The notes: generated from the sequence alone by a model not told the origin. A DNA stretch of 64,000 bases from Methanotrichaceae archaeon (GCA_963748825.1 CAVVKN010000023.1:1-64000); one strand, 5' to 3'. Shown: positions 9,696 through 19,508, numbered from the stretch's first letter. Numbers and translations are program-made.

Positions 9696-9770
9696 CTCCC
9701 GCGCCAGATCAGGGCCATCGACCGCCATATCGATGCCCTGGTCTGCAGACTTTGCAAGCCTGAGAGGAAA
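9696..9770 (+). pseudogene. Possible relic of the C-terminus of a Type IIG/Eco57I-like restriction-modification protein
   Basis: Translates LPRQIRAIDRHIDALVCRLCKPE, resembling the recalled terminal motif LQRQIxATDRQIDxLVYELYGL(T)EEE; no start codon. Confidence 0.5.
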
Positions 9771-9930
9771 GGAGCAAGCGGGTTCTTTCTTTAGGATTGC
9801 GAATTTCTGTCGAATTCTGCTGAAATATGCAAACGGGTAATACCATAGCGATTTATTTATTCGAATACTTCACAGCAGCATATGTGCTGTTTGACCAGGT
9901 TTGCGAAAAAGAGTTGCATCGAACAAGACT

Positions 9931-10197
9931 TCATGCTTCGATCTCATCTTCCTGCGGATGCGCGTTAGGCAAGAAATCCTGCAATATGTTATTTCCTCTT
10001 ATATTCTCAACGTCGTATTCGGTTTCTTTCGGAACCTTTGATTTTAGGGTCCATATAATTTCTTCTAGCTCGTACGTATCTCCTGTGGAATAGCACCTGA
10101 CCATCGGAGCACCCATAAATTCTACCCGTAAACCGCAGAGGGGGCAGATTGCTACCTCAACCTCTCCCTTTTCATTCTTTCGTTCAGTATTAAACAT
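9931..10197 (-). CDS. Small hypothetical protein with a CPxCG zinc-knuckle
   Basis: ICPLCG plus a later VRC; AGGAG-like RBS and TATATA upstream; AT-rich. Confidence 0.6.
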   Translation of the reverse strand: MFNTERKNEKGEVEVAICPLCGLRVEFMGAPMVRCYSTGDTYELEEIIWTLKSKVPKETEYDVENIRGNNILQDFLPNAHPQEDEIEA

Positions 10198-10625
10198 GGT
10201 TTATTCTCCTTTTAGCGTTTCTTAATGCCATTGCTTTATATATATGTTAAATGTTTGAACGATATTTAGGTTTTTAAAGAGAATGCCCTCAACTTGGGTT
10301 CTATCAATGCGATTCGAATCTTGTTGCTCAATGGGTATATTTTCTATTTAAATCTTTTTAAGAAAAGTTCATAATTTTTCATAACAATTCATAACGCCCG
10401 ACGATTGCATGTTTAATTTCCCTAATTGTTGCGGAGATCCTGATTATTTTTTATGAAACCAATTGGTTTATCTATCAAGCATGGCTTATAATGGTTTATT
10501 TATATCTGTTTACGCAAAAAGCATGTATAAATAGATTTTATCTGGCACATTTTGCCTTTAGAAGATAAATTCCAAAACGAATGAAAAATCCAAACGAAAA
10601 CTATCGACAAATACTAGTAACGATA

Positions 10626-10708
10626 TGCGGGGGACGGGAGTCGAACCCGCGAACACCTTCGTGACAGGGTCCTAAGCCCTGCGCCTTTAACCACTTGGCA
10701 ACCCCCGC
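10626..10708 (-). tRNA. tRNA-Leu (anticodon TAG)
   Basis: Reverse complement GCGGGGGTTGCCAAGTGGTTAAAGGCGCAGGGCTTAGGACCCTGTCACGAAGGTGTTCGCGGGTTCGACTCCCGTCCCCCGCA: acceptor stem, anticodon stem CAGGG/CCCTG, long variable arm, GGTTCGA T-loop; CCA not encoded. Confidence 0.97.
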
Positions 10709-10717
10709 TTGTGTTCT

Positions 10718-11626
10718 TTATCTTTCGCCCATCAGCCAGGCCATGACCGCCTTGCTGGTGTGCATCCGGTTTTCCGCCTCATCGAATACGGCAGACTGCG
10801 GCCCGTCCATCACCTCGTCTGTAATCTCCTGCCCCCGGTGGGCAGGCAGACAGTGCAATGCGATGGCTCCGCCTTCGGCCAGGCGCATCAGCTCCGCGTT
10901 CACCTGGTACTTTCCGAATACTCGCAGCCTCTCGGCTTCCTCGCCCTCATCTCCCATGGAGACCCAGGTATCCGTGACCAGCACGTCCGCGCCTCTGGCT
11001 GCTTCAGCCGGCCCTTCCACAACCTTGGGCCGACCTTCTAGCCTCTTCGCCTGTTCTAATATTTGGGCCTTTGGCTGGTAGCCTGGCGGCGCAGCCACAG
11101 TGATCTCCATTCCCAAAATGGCCGAGGCCAGGATGAGGGAGTTGCAGACGTTGTTTCCGTCGCCCACCCAGGCCAGCCGCAGTCCTTCCAGCTTTCCGAA
11201 ACGCTGGCGCATAGTCTGCAGATCGGCCAGAATCTGCAGCGGATGCTCCCAATCCGACAGAGCGTTGACCACGGGCACGCGAGCGTGCTGGGCGAGCTGA
11301 ACTACAGTGTTATGGGAGTAAACGCGAGCAGTGATGCCCTGCACATAGCGGGAGAGCACGCGCGCCGTGTCGGCAATAGTTTCACCTCGCCCCAGCTGCA
11401 GCTCGCCTGCCGACAGGTAAAGCGGATGGGCGCCCAGCTCCGCCGCCGCCACCTCCAGGGAGACGCGCGTGCGCGTGGAGGGCTTCTCAAAGATCATGGC
11501 CAGGCTCTTTCCCAGGAGCGGGTGGCCATGCCAGCCCCGCCTGGCCCGGAAGGCCTCGGCGCTCTCCAGCAGTCGCATGATGTCCTCTTTGGAGAGATCA
11601 GAGATAGAGATGAGATCCTTGTTCAT
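10718..11626 (-). CDS. argF: Ornithine carbamoyltransferase
   Basis: STRTR, HPLQILAD, WVSMG and HCLPAHRG motifs. Confidence 0.97.
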   Translation of the reverse strand: MNKDLISISDLSKEDIMRLLESAEAFRARRGWHGHPLLGKSLAMIFEKPSTRTRVSLEVAAAELGAHPLYLSAGELQLGRGETIADTARVLSRYVQGITARVYSHNTVVQLAQHARVPVVNALSDWEHPLQILADLQTMRQRFGKLEGLRLAWVGDGNNVCNSLILASAILGMEITVAAPPGYQPKAQILEQAKRLEGRPKVVEGPAEAARGADVLVTDTWVSMGDEGEEAERLRVFGKYQVNAELMRLAEGGAIALHCLPAHRGQEITDEVMDGPQSAVFDEAENRMHTSKAVMAWLMGER

Positions 11627-11635
11627 GTTCGTTCC

Positions 11636-12031
11636 TCAGCTTTGCATCCTTGCCTGGAGCTCGGATATCTGGGTTACGTCGTTCTGCTCGGCGGCAGAGA
11701 TCGTGGCCTTGATGCTCTTGAAGCCGGGAATGCTGCAGTCCGAGACGACATCGGAGACGAGCTGATTGGACCAGGGGCTGTTGTACATGAAAGCCAGGCC
11801 CGGATGGGCATCGTCCTCCGAGGTCCTGGCGGCCACAACTATGCTTCCCACATCATTTTTCACCAGCAGCTTCTGCCCGTCTTTGGCTGCCAGCCGGCCC
11901 ATGTCCTGCTTGTCCAGAATGATCAGAGCGCTCTGGTTTTTGTACTCATCGGAAAACCGGCTCTTCCTTCCCGCCTCGTCCTGGAAGATGTCGCGCACGG
12001 TAACTATGGTGACCGCTACAACCTCAGCCAT
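11636..12031 (-). CDS. fwdD: Formylmethanofuran dehydrogenase subunit D-like protein (molybdopterin dinucleotide-binding domain)
   Basis: NDVGSIVV...PGLAFM..SPWSNQLV...IPGFK pattern; directly follows fwdB. Confidence 0.8.
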   Translation of the reverse strand: MAEVVAVTIVTVRDIFQDEAGRKSRFSDEYKNQSALIILDKQDMGRLAAKDGQKLLVKNDVGSIVVAARTSEDDAHPGLAFMYNSPWSNQLVSDVVSDCSIPGFKSIKATISAAEQNDVTQISELQARMQS

Positions 12032-13255
12032 TTAAATCGCCTCCATAATTCGGGTTAAGATCTGCTCGTCCGAGAGGAGCTCTGACTTGATGATGGGCTC
12101 GAACTTGATCTTCACCCCATCCATGCGTACCGCCGTGCCTCCCGCCTCCAGGCCGGAAAGAGCTGAAGGAATGACGACCTTGGCGGCATCCGTGGTCAAA
12201 GATCGTCGTGGATCTATGGCAATAAGCGGCAGCTGTGCCAGGGCGCGAGCCGTGCCGAAGGGCAGGGCCGAGAGTGGATCTGAGCCGATGACCAACGCAG
12301 CGTCGCATGTCTTGGCCGCGGCCACAACGCTGTGCTCCGGCCCGTGCGCTACCGCGCCGCCCTTAAAGGAGACGCGATTGATAAAGCCAGTCTTCTCTCG
12401 CATTTGCTCGTTAAAGCCGCGCATGTTGTAGTGCCCCACCATGGGGATGACCTTGAAGGTGGTAATCTCATTTAGCTTGGCAAGCAGCCGCTCGAAGAGC
12501 TCCATCTTATCCTGCAAGGAATAGATCATGCCCAGTCCCGGAAAGATCGCTCCCCACTTAGTCTTCTTGAGGACACTTCCTAGCTCAATCATCTTCTTTT
12601 TGTCCCCCACCTTTGGAATCTTCCCCTCAAGAACAGCCAGGATCGCCTCCATAAATTCGGCGTCACCGCCAGGCGCTACCCGGAAGTAGTAGTTGCTGCA
12701 TAACTTTGCAGTCGCGGACTTTCTTACATCCACGACAATGCAGGTCCTCTCTTCCTCGTAGCTCTTCTGCATCTTCTCTCCCCGCGGATAGTAAGAGAAG
12801 CGCGAGAGATGCCGGGGATGGCTGCTGGATGGGTCCGACCCCCAGAAGATGGTGGTGTCGGCATAGTTTCGCACGTCATCCAGAGTGCAGGTCGGAATCT
12901 TTCCCGATAAAATGCGCTCCATTAAAATTCCCTGGCAGAATGAGGATGTATCGTCTATGGTCGCACCCAATTTTTCCGCCAGTTTTATGCCTGCCGCCTG
13001 TGCTTCTAAAGTGGAGTTGGACCAGCCGTACAATAGCGGGCTCTTCGCGCTCTTTAAAATCTCAGCAGCCTTTGCGATTGCCAGATCCAGGTCAACTTGC
13101 TCTCCATTGATCATGGGCACCGTCCTCTCCGTAAAGGCCGCCTGGAAGTGGCCATGCCCCTTGCGGCAGAGGTTCTTCACATGGGAGAATGATCCATCCT
13201 TTAAGGCCGCCTCAATATCCTCGCAGAGAAGCGAGCATCCCGTGCATATTGCCAT
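12032..13255 (-). CDS. fwdB: Formylmethanofuran dehydrogenase subunit B
   Basis: N-terminal CTGCSLLCED..C 4Fe-4S motif, TCTLDDVRN (metal-ligand Cys), SHPRHLSRFS, GHYNMRGF, GTAVRMDGV. Confidence 0.92.
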   Translation of the reverse strand: MAICTGCSLLCEDIEAALKDGSFSHVKNLCRKGHGHFQAAFTERTVPMINGEQVDLDLAIAKAAEILKSAKSPLLYGWSNSTLEAQAAGIKLAEKLGATIDDTSSFCQGILMERILSGKIPTCTLDDVRNYADTTIFWGSDPSSSHPRHLSRFSYYPRGEKMQKSYEEERTCIVVDVRKSATAKLCSNYYFRVAPGGDAEFMEAILAVLEGKIPKVGDKKKMIELGSVLKKTKWGAIFPGLGMIYSLQDKMELFERLLAKLNEITTFKVIPMVGHYNMRGFNEQMREKTGFINRVSFKGGAVAHGPEHSVVAAAKTCDAALVIGSDPLSALPFGTARALAQLPLIAIDPRRSLTTDAAKVVIPSALSGLEAGGTAVRMDGVKIKFEPIIKSELLSDEQILTRIMEAI

Positions 13256-13280
13256 TTGCTTTTCACCTTCCCTTTTTCAC

Positions 13281-13742
13281 CTAAACGAACTCTATGGCCT
13301 TGCTCGGACAGGTCGCAGTGCAGGCATTGCAGAGGGTCTTGTTCGGCCCGAAGCGCCGGCATTCTTTGAGATTGTTTGCCACTACTACACCGTCTTCCAC
13401 CCGCAAGATGACCTTTTCGCTCTGGGGGCCAAGACCTACCGCGCAGCGGGTAGGCTCCGCGGCCACATTGACAGGGCAGGCGACAACGCAGTTGCCGCAG
13501 CCAAAGCACTTCTCCGGATGTATGATCAGGCCGGTCTCTGAGGCATTCTCAATGGGTGCCATCACCTCTCGCAGCTTTTTCAGCTTGGCCTCGTACTTCT
13601 TCTCTTCAATTAGGGGAGTACACTCATCGATCTTCTTCTCCCGGCCCAAAAGGCCCACGGCAAAAGCCATGCAGGTAGGAAGCCCGCACTTCTTGCAGTT
13701 GGTCTTGGGCAAAAGCATATAGATCTCCATGGCGCCGACCAT
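13281..13742 (-). CDS. fwdG: FwdG-like ferredoxin with N-terminal Fe-S domain
   Basis: LLPKTNCKKCGLPTCMAFA FeS domain plus CFGCGNCVVACP and CNACTATCP 4Fe-4S motifs. Confidence 0.8.
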   Translation of the reverse strand: MVGAMEIYMLLPKTNCKKCGLPTCMAFAVGLLGREKKIDECTPLIEEKKYEAKLKKLREVMAPIENASETGLIIHPEKCFGCGNCVVACPVNVAAEPTRCAVGLGPQSEKVILRVEDGVVVANNLKECRRFGPNKTLCNACTATCPSKAIEFV

Positions 13743-13847
13743 AACCAGAACCTCAATTTGGGAAAGATACGAGATGCTTTGTTGTCTCGATTATATTTAG
13801 GTCCTGCGCAAACCTTTTCATAGTTCTTGAGTCAAAAGTCTCCTCTA

Positions 13848-15590
13848 ATGCCTTTCAGGAATCCCTTGGCCCTTCTGGGGCTCCTCTCCATAATTCCCCT
13901 GATAATAATATACCTCATCCGTCCCCGGCCCAAGGAGATCCGCTTCTCCGCCACGCAGTTCCTGCGAGAGGGCGAGGCGGAGCGCTCCGCGGTGCTCAGC
14001 CGTTTGATCAACGATCCTCTCTTCTGGGTGCAGCTTTTGGTGCTTCTCTCCCTATCCGCCGCGGCCGCCGGGCCTTTCACCACTGAAGAAGGTCCGGCCA
14101 GCAGCCATCTGGTGGTGGTCCTGGACGCTTCTGCCAGCATGCAGGCCAGCTCCCGCGCTCTGCAGCTGATCGACCCCTACCTTGACAAATACCAGAGGAT
14201 CAGCATCGTGCTGGCAGAGAGCATGCCCCTGACAGTTCTTTCGGAGGGCAGCCCCGCCGAGGCCAGGGACGCTCTGCGGCGGCAAGTGCCCAAAGCCGTC
14301 TCTGCAGACCTCTCCAGCGCCATGGCGCTCGCCGGCAGCTTGCTTGCGGGCGAGGGCGGCCACATGCTGGTGGTCTCGGATTTCATAAGCTGGATAGGCG
14401 ACGATCCCGATGCCACCCGCAAGATTCTGCAGGCAGACGGGAGGGTGAGCATTGTATTTGCCGACACTTACCAGGCAGGCGACAACCTGGCCCTGGTGGA
14501 GGCCTGGGATGTGCCCGGACCAGGATATGTCAACCACACTGCTCTGGTGCATAACTATGGCCCGGCAAGAGTGGTCCCCATCACCATCCGCGACCCGAGC
14601 GGTGCCACCGCTAGCCGCACGGTGCAGATGGCAGGAGGGACAGACTACTATCTCTCTTTTACGGCTTACCCAGGAGTCAATGAGATCTCTTTGGACCTGG
14701 AAGATGCAATTGCCTGGGACAATCGTGCCTACGTTTATGTGCCGGATCTGGCCAGGAAGAGGGTTCTCTACCAGGGCAAAGAGGGACCGGCCCTGGCAGC
14801 TCTTCGCTCCCTGCCTAATGTAGAGGTGGAGACCTCCGGCGAATTCAATGGCTTCGACCTGATCGTGGTGGCCAGGAATGCCTCCCTGGACGGCAAGCTC
14901 AATCGCTACATCGACGGCGGAAGGGTGATATTCATCGCCTCTGACTTGGAGAGCCCCGAGTACCTGCCCGTGCGGGTGACCGGCGAGCAGGCTGGTCCTG
15001 CCAGCCTCTGGGTGCGTAGCGTTGGCTTTGCCAAAGGCGTGCACTTCGATGAGATCGGCCTTTTCCGTTTTCCCCAGGCCGTATCCCGAAAGGGCTCCAC
15101 CACAATGGTCGAGGCCAATGGCCAACCCATCCTCACCTACTGGCGCCTGGGAAAAGGCATGGTGATTTACAGCGGCCTGGAGATGGATTCTGATTTCTAT
15201 CTGCGTCCGGAATATCCCATCTTCTGGTATCAGATGGTGAACTGGATCACGGGCGTACCGGACATAATAGAGGCCAATAGGAGGACGGGCGAGATGATCC
15301 ATCTGGGCGAAACGGCTCAGGTAGAGACGCCCTCTACAAGCCTTGCTGCCAGCACTTTGCTGCTGGACGAGGTGGGAGTCTATCGCCTCCAGGGAAAGGC
15401 AGTTGCTGCAAATATGTATGATCCCAAAGAGTCCTCCCTGCAAAGGAAAAATGGCGTTGATGCGGGGGCGTTCGTGGGCGGCAGCCGGGAAACCATAGTG
15501 GAAAAGGACCTCTCCAACTGGATCATTGCACTCGCGGCTCTCGCCGTCCTTCTGGAGCTGGCCATTATGCGCTGGAGGAGAGAGACATGA
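13848..15590 (+). CDS. BatA N-terminal / VWA domain membrane protein
   Basis: MPFRNPLALLGLLSIIPLIIIYLIRPRP (BatA-type), MIDAS DASASM, VVSDF, C-terminal TM. Confidence 0.85.
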   Translation: MPFRNPLALLGLLSIIPLIIIYLIRPRPKEIRFSATQFLREGEAERSAVLSRLINDPLFWVQLLVLLSLSAAAAGPFTTEEGPASSHLVVVLDASASMQASSRALQLIDPYLDKYQRISIVLAESMPLTVLSEGSPAEARDALRRQVPKAVSADLSSAMALAGSLLAGEGGHMLVVSDFISWIGDDPDATRKILQADGRVSIVFADTYQAGDNLALVEAWDVPGPGYVNHTALVHNYGPARVVPITIRDPSGATASRTVQMAGGTDYYLSFTAYPGVNEISLDLEDAIAWDNRAYVYVPDLARKRVLYQGKEGPALAALRSLPNVEVETSGEFNGFDLIVVARNASLDGKLNRYIDGGRVIFIASDLESPEYLPVRVTGEQAGPASLWVRSVGFAKGVHFDEIGLFRFPQAVSRKGSTTMVEANGQPILTYWRLGKGMVIYSGLEMDSDFYLRPEYPIFWYQMVNWITGVPDIIEANRRTGEMIHLGETAQVETPSTSLAASTLLLDEVGVYRLQGKAVAANMYDPKESSLQRKNGVDAGAFVGGSRETIVEKDLSNWIIALAALAVLLELAIMRWRRET

Positions 15591-17947
15591 TCCAGGATCT
15601 TTATTTTGCCACGCCAGAGCTGCTCTGGGCCATCCCATTTATCTTGCTCTTGGGCGCGGTCTTCATTCGCACAAGGGCTAAGAACAGGCTCTTTGCCGCC
15701 TCAAGACTTCTGGTCTTTTGCTTGATTATAGCTGCCGCCGCCAATCCCTACTTTGTAGAGGTGCATACGGTCCAGTCGCAAAAGCCCAGCATCACCATCC
15801 TGGACGATCGGACCGGATCTATGGGCATCTTTGACCCAGATGTCGCGGCGCGGGTGAAAAGCTTTGTAGACGCGCCGCTACGCACCTTCTCCGGGGATGC
15901 TACACCTCTGGGCGACAGAATCGTGCAGTACGCCCTGCCGGGCAGTACCCTCCTTTTGGTCTCAGATGGCTACAGCAATAGCGGCCGTCCTCTGGCCGAT
16001 GCTCTGTCACTGGCGCGGGCCTCCAATACCACGACCTTTGCCCTCTCTCTCGCACCCCAGAGGGATGACGCGGGCGTGGAGATCTCAGGAACGAACACCG
16101 CCGTCCTGGCAGGGGATTATCCCTTCAGGGTGCTGGTGCGATCATCGAAAGGCTACCAAGGGCCTCTTTCCGTCTTTGCCGACGACAAATTAATCTACAG
16201 CGACACGATAGTTGCCAACACCAGCGCCTCCATCAAGATCTCCCATTCCTTCCTGGAGACGGGAAACCATATTTTGCGAGCGACTATTGCTCCGGATTGG
16301 CAGCCCATAAACGACAACTACCAAAAGGCAGTCTACGTCGTCCCCAAGCCACAGGTTCTGCTCATCTCCAGCGGCAACTCACCCCTGGCTACCAATCTCA
16401 ATGATCTTTACAAGCTGACACTCGTTTCCGAGCTTCCGGACCAGCTAAAGGGCTATAAGGCCGTAGTGCTCGATGACATCAGATACAATTCCAATCTGGA
16501 TCAACTGCAGGGTTATGTGCGCGAAGGCGGCGGGCTGGTAGTGGTAGGGGGCGAGGATGCCTATGACCTGGGCGATTATCGAAACTCCAGCCTGGAGGAG
16601 ATTTTGCCGGTGCGCTCTACGCCCAGCATCTTTGAGGGCGGCAAGACGCTCATCTTCGTGCTGGATATCTCCTTCTCCCTGCTCTCCACGCGCGCGGGGG
16701 ATGGCACGCCACTGCTCGACTACGAGAAGGCTCTGGCAGTGGAGCTGCTCAAATCGCCCCATTTCCGGGACTATAAGGTGGGCCTGATAGTATTTGGCAC
16801 AAAAGCCTACGATGTGCAGGACCCCATTCCCCTGTCTCGGGCAGAGAGCGTTCTTCGGGAGAGGATAATGAGCCTGGCGCCCACGGGCACGGAGAACAGC
16901 TATATGGATAGCGGTCTGCAACTGGCCTGGGACATGCTCAATATCAGCGGCGGCCAGGGCGAATTGGTAATACTCTCAGATGGAAACCTCTACAACTACC
17001 CGGAAGTGGTGGCGCGCTCCATCGACATACTTAGGCAGATGAACGTCACCACTCGTCTTGTACAGGTACAGGCCTTCCCGGGGGCGACGGGCAGATTCGA
17101 TTATCTGGCAGCCCAGACGGGATCGGACTATTCAGCCTTCGTCTATCCGGACTCGCTCACAACGACGATGCAAGAGCTACCTCCAGAAACAACTCCTGCG
17201 GAAAGTAGCCTCTCCGGATATGCGGTAAATGTGGTCAATAAGAACCACTACATCACAGCCGATCTGAACCTAAACGCCACAGTTACCGGCTTTAATGATG
17301 TCACACCAAGATCCGGAGCCCAGCGTCTGGCGGCTCTGCCCGACGGCAAGCCCGTCTTGACCGTGTGGCGTTATGGCCTGGGCCGGGTAGCGGCGCTAAC
17401 TGTCGATGATGGCAGTGCCTGGGCCGGCGGGCTATATGCTAGTCCAAGCTCGCAGATGATTTCGTCCACCGTCAATTGGGCAGTAGGCGATCCGCGGCCC
17501 CAGGACGATCGTGTCGAAGCAGATGACGGATGGCAGGGTACACCCTTATCCGTCACCATCAGCAGCAATGCGCGGCCCAGCCTTCCCAATGCAGATGTGG
17601 AAAAGGTGGGCGACAATCGATATGTAGCTACATTTATTCCCAATAGCTCAGGCATCTACTACATCGGCAGCTATGGCCTGGCGGTCAACTATCCCCTGGA
17701 GTATCGAGATATAGGCTTCAATCCTGAGCTTTCCCGGCTGATCATGGTCAATGGCGGAAAGGTCTTCAGCGAAGATGAGGCCCGACAAAGCCTTGTGGTC
17801 GAAGCCAGCCGTGTCAGCCAGAGAACCGTACAGGAGAGGCTCTCAAGAAGAGACATTTTGCTGCTCTTAGCCCTGCTGATATTCCTGGCAGAAATAATTT
17901 ATCGAAAGCTGGACGAGATGCGTAGAAGAGGTCGATTTCGAGCATGA
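15587..17947 (+). CDS. VWA domain and glutamine-amidotransferase-like domain membrane protein
   Basis: N-terminal TMs, DDRTGSM...SDG VWA, YVREGGGLVVVGG (GATase-like), second VWA VLDISFS, WRYGLGRVAA, C-terminal TM; ATGA overlap with the upstream gene. Confidence 0.85.
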   Translation: MIQDLYFATPELLWAIPFILLLGAVFIRTRAKNRLFAASRLLVFCLIIAAAANPYFVEVHTVQSQKPSITILDDRTGSMGIFDPDVAARVKSFVDAPLRTFSGDATPLGDRIVQYALPGSTLLLVSDGYSNSGRPLADALSLARASNTTTFALSLAPQRDDAGVEISGTNTAVLAGDYPFRVLVRSSKGYQGPLSVFADDKLIYSDTIVANTSASIKISHSFLETGNHILRATIAPDWQPINDNYQKAVYVVPKPQVLLISSGNSPLATNLNDLYKLTLVSELPDQLKGYKAVVLDDIRYNSNLDQLQGYVREGGGLVVVGGEDAYDLGDYRNSSLEEILPVRSTPSIFEGGKTLIFVLDISFSLLSTRAGDGTPLLDYEKALAVELLKSPHFRDYKVGLIVFGTKAYDVQDPIPLSRAESVLRERIMSLAPTGTENSYMDSGLQLAWDMLNISGGQGELVILSDGNLYNYPEVVARSIDILRQMNVTTRLVQVQAFPGATGRFDYLAAQTGSDYSAFVYPDSLTTTMQELPPETTPAESSLSGYAVNVVNKNHYITADLNLNATVTGFNDVTPRSGAQRLAALPDGKPVLTVWRYGLGRVAALTVDDGSAWAGGLYASPSSQMISSTVNWAVGDPRPQDDRVEADDGWQGTPLSVTISSNARPSLPNADVEKVGDNRYVATFIPNSSGIYYIGSYGLAVNYPLEYRDIGFNPELSRLIMVNGGKVFSEDEARQSLVVEASRVSQRTVQERLSRRDILLLLALLIFLAEIIYRKLDEMRRRGRFRA

Positions 17948-18031
17948 AATTCAAGCATGAAGCCACACCATTAGATTTTAATAGCATAATCAGCTTTATC
18001 GTTGGTATATTGCGGAGGTAACTGCCACCAA

Positions 18032-18340
18032 ATGAGTTCTCAAATGTGTACCGTCTGTGGCCTTCCCACGGAGCTCTGTATCTGCGAGGAGGTTGCCAAG
18101 GAGCAGCAGAGGATAGCTGTGAAAGTACAGAAGCGCAGGTATGGAAAAGAGGTGACGGTCATCCAAGGCATTGATCCTCATGAGATTGATCTTCAAGAGC
18201 TTTGTACGCATCTCAAATCCAAGCTGGCCTGCGGCGGCACTGTAAAAGAAAGCCTGATCGAGCTGCAGGGTAACCATATTCAAAGGATTAAGGAGATCTT
18301 AGTGAAAAAGGGATTTGGCGCAGATCAAATAAGTACCTAA
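18032..18340 (+). CDS. sui1: Translation initiation factor aIF-1 (SUI1/YciH)
   Basis: [44 protein letters not shown]; GGAGG RBS. Confidence 0.95.
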   Translation: MSSQMCTVCGLPTELCICEEVAKEQQRIAVKVQKRRYGKEVTVIQGIDPHEIDLQELCTHLKSKLACGGTVKESLIELQGNHIQRIKEILVKKGFGADQIST

Positions 18341-18398
18341 ATTCCTGGAAAAATTCTCAAGATCTGCAGGCCGATCCTAACGCTTGCTCATTTTTCTT

Positions 18399-19508
18399 TT
18401 AGTAGATCTCTTCCAAATCCTCGATATGGGCGAAGGCATCGTCGAGCTGTTTTCGGGCTCTGCACCGCTTCTCCTTCTCGTCCTGCATGCCTCGAGCCGC
18501 CTGGGCATAAATAGATTCCAGCTCTGGGGCGCTGGCTACGGTGAAGACCGAGAGCACCTTGGGATTTCCCTTCTTGACAACAATTCCCTTGAATACGTGG
18601 CCTGCACTGGCAGTGAGCCTCTCCACCTCTTTGGTGATCTCATCCACGTCCAGATGCTCCCGAGAGCCCTGAATGATGATCATGGCTCTGGCGGCATCGT
18701 CCGCAACATTGGCAGGATAGAGCAAATTGACAGGCTTGAGGCTGTTCTCAATGGCGTCCCTGATGGACAGATTCTTGCTATCGGCCTGATAAAATCCCAT
18801 AGTGCCAATGCGCAGGCCCCCATTCATCACCGTCTTGAAGTCGCCTAGATCAGTTACAGAGAGCATCTCGGAATCCAGAGACTCGATCAAGAATAATAAA
18901 CGTTTGGCGATCATGCCGTTGATCTTATCGTAGGCAGAGGCAATATCGCCGCTAAACCTCTTCATGTACTGATTGTCGGCCAGGATGATGCCTTCCGCAT
19001 CAACCTCCATCAGCTCCCTCATGCTGAAGGCGGCATTTTGCAGGTAGATCGACCCCTCTTCTCGGGCGGGCAGAATGGCAACCGTGACGACGGTGATATC
19101 TCGGTACTGCCTCTTCAATTCATTTATGAGCAGAGGTGTGAAAGATGAACCGGTCCCGCCGGAAGTCGATGTGATCACAAAGGCAATATCGAAGTCACCC
19201 CTCTTCTCGATCTCGCCCATGATCACGTCGCGATTGTCCATAAAGGCTTGCTTGCCCACATTTCTATTGGCACCCACACCGTGCAGATTGGGGACATGCA
19301 GTCTATCTTTGGCCGTGGTGAAGCGCAGCTCCTTGAGATCATTTATAGCCGTATTTATGGCTAAAGTCTCCACTCGACTGGGGAACTTGGGGCGCAAATA
19401 ATACTTGGCCAGATTGGCGGCTCCGCCGCCCCCAAACGCTTCCTTATTTATTGCGTCCAGTATTCGATTACCGCATTGGCCTACGCCGAGTATGAGTACG
19501 TTGAGCAT
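18399..19508 (-). CDS. Tubulin/FtsZ superfamily protein, CetZ-like (non-canonical)
   Basis: GVGQCGNRI, GVGAN, SGGTGSS tubulin-like signature, T7 loop TDLGDFKTVM; lacks the canonical FtsZ GGGTGTG and NVDFAD motifs. Confidence 0.88.
   Translation of the reverse strand: MLNVLILGVGQCGNRILDAINKEAFGGGGAANLAKYYLRPKFPSRVETLAINTAINDLKELRFTTAKDRLHVPNLHGVGANRNVGKQAFMDNRDVIMGEIEKRGDFDIAFVITSTSGGTGSSFTPLLINELKRQYRDITVVTVAILPAREEGSIYLQNAAFSMRELMEVDAEGIILADNQYMKRFSGDIASAYDKINGMIAKRLLFLIESLDSEMLSVTDLGDFKTVMNGGLRIGTMGFYQADSKNLSIRDAIENSLKPVNLLYPANVADDAARAMIIIQGSREHLDVDEITKEVERLTASAGHVFKGIVVKKGNPKVLSVFTVASAPELESIYAQAARGMQDEKEKRCRARKQLDDAFAHIEDLEEIY

Noticed and set aside
9684-9794. The TAG stop of the FG-GAP gene is in frame with the downstream R-M-like relic, suggesting pyrrolysine/amber readthrough
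   Set aside because: In-frame coincidence has a 1-in-3 chance, the downstream peptide is unrelated and degenerate, and no pyl genes are visible in the window.
10200-10620. AT-rich tract as a replication origin
   Set aside because: No repeated ORB-like boxes recognised and no cdc6/orc1 nearby; better explained as islet DNA.
14052-15638. Long antisense ORFs (528 aa here; also 29514..31094, 11063..12058, 49588..50418)
   Set aside because: Shadow frames opposite well-supported genes in GC-rich coding DNA; no recognisable motifs.
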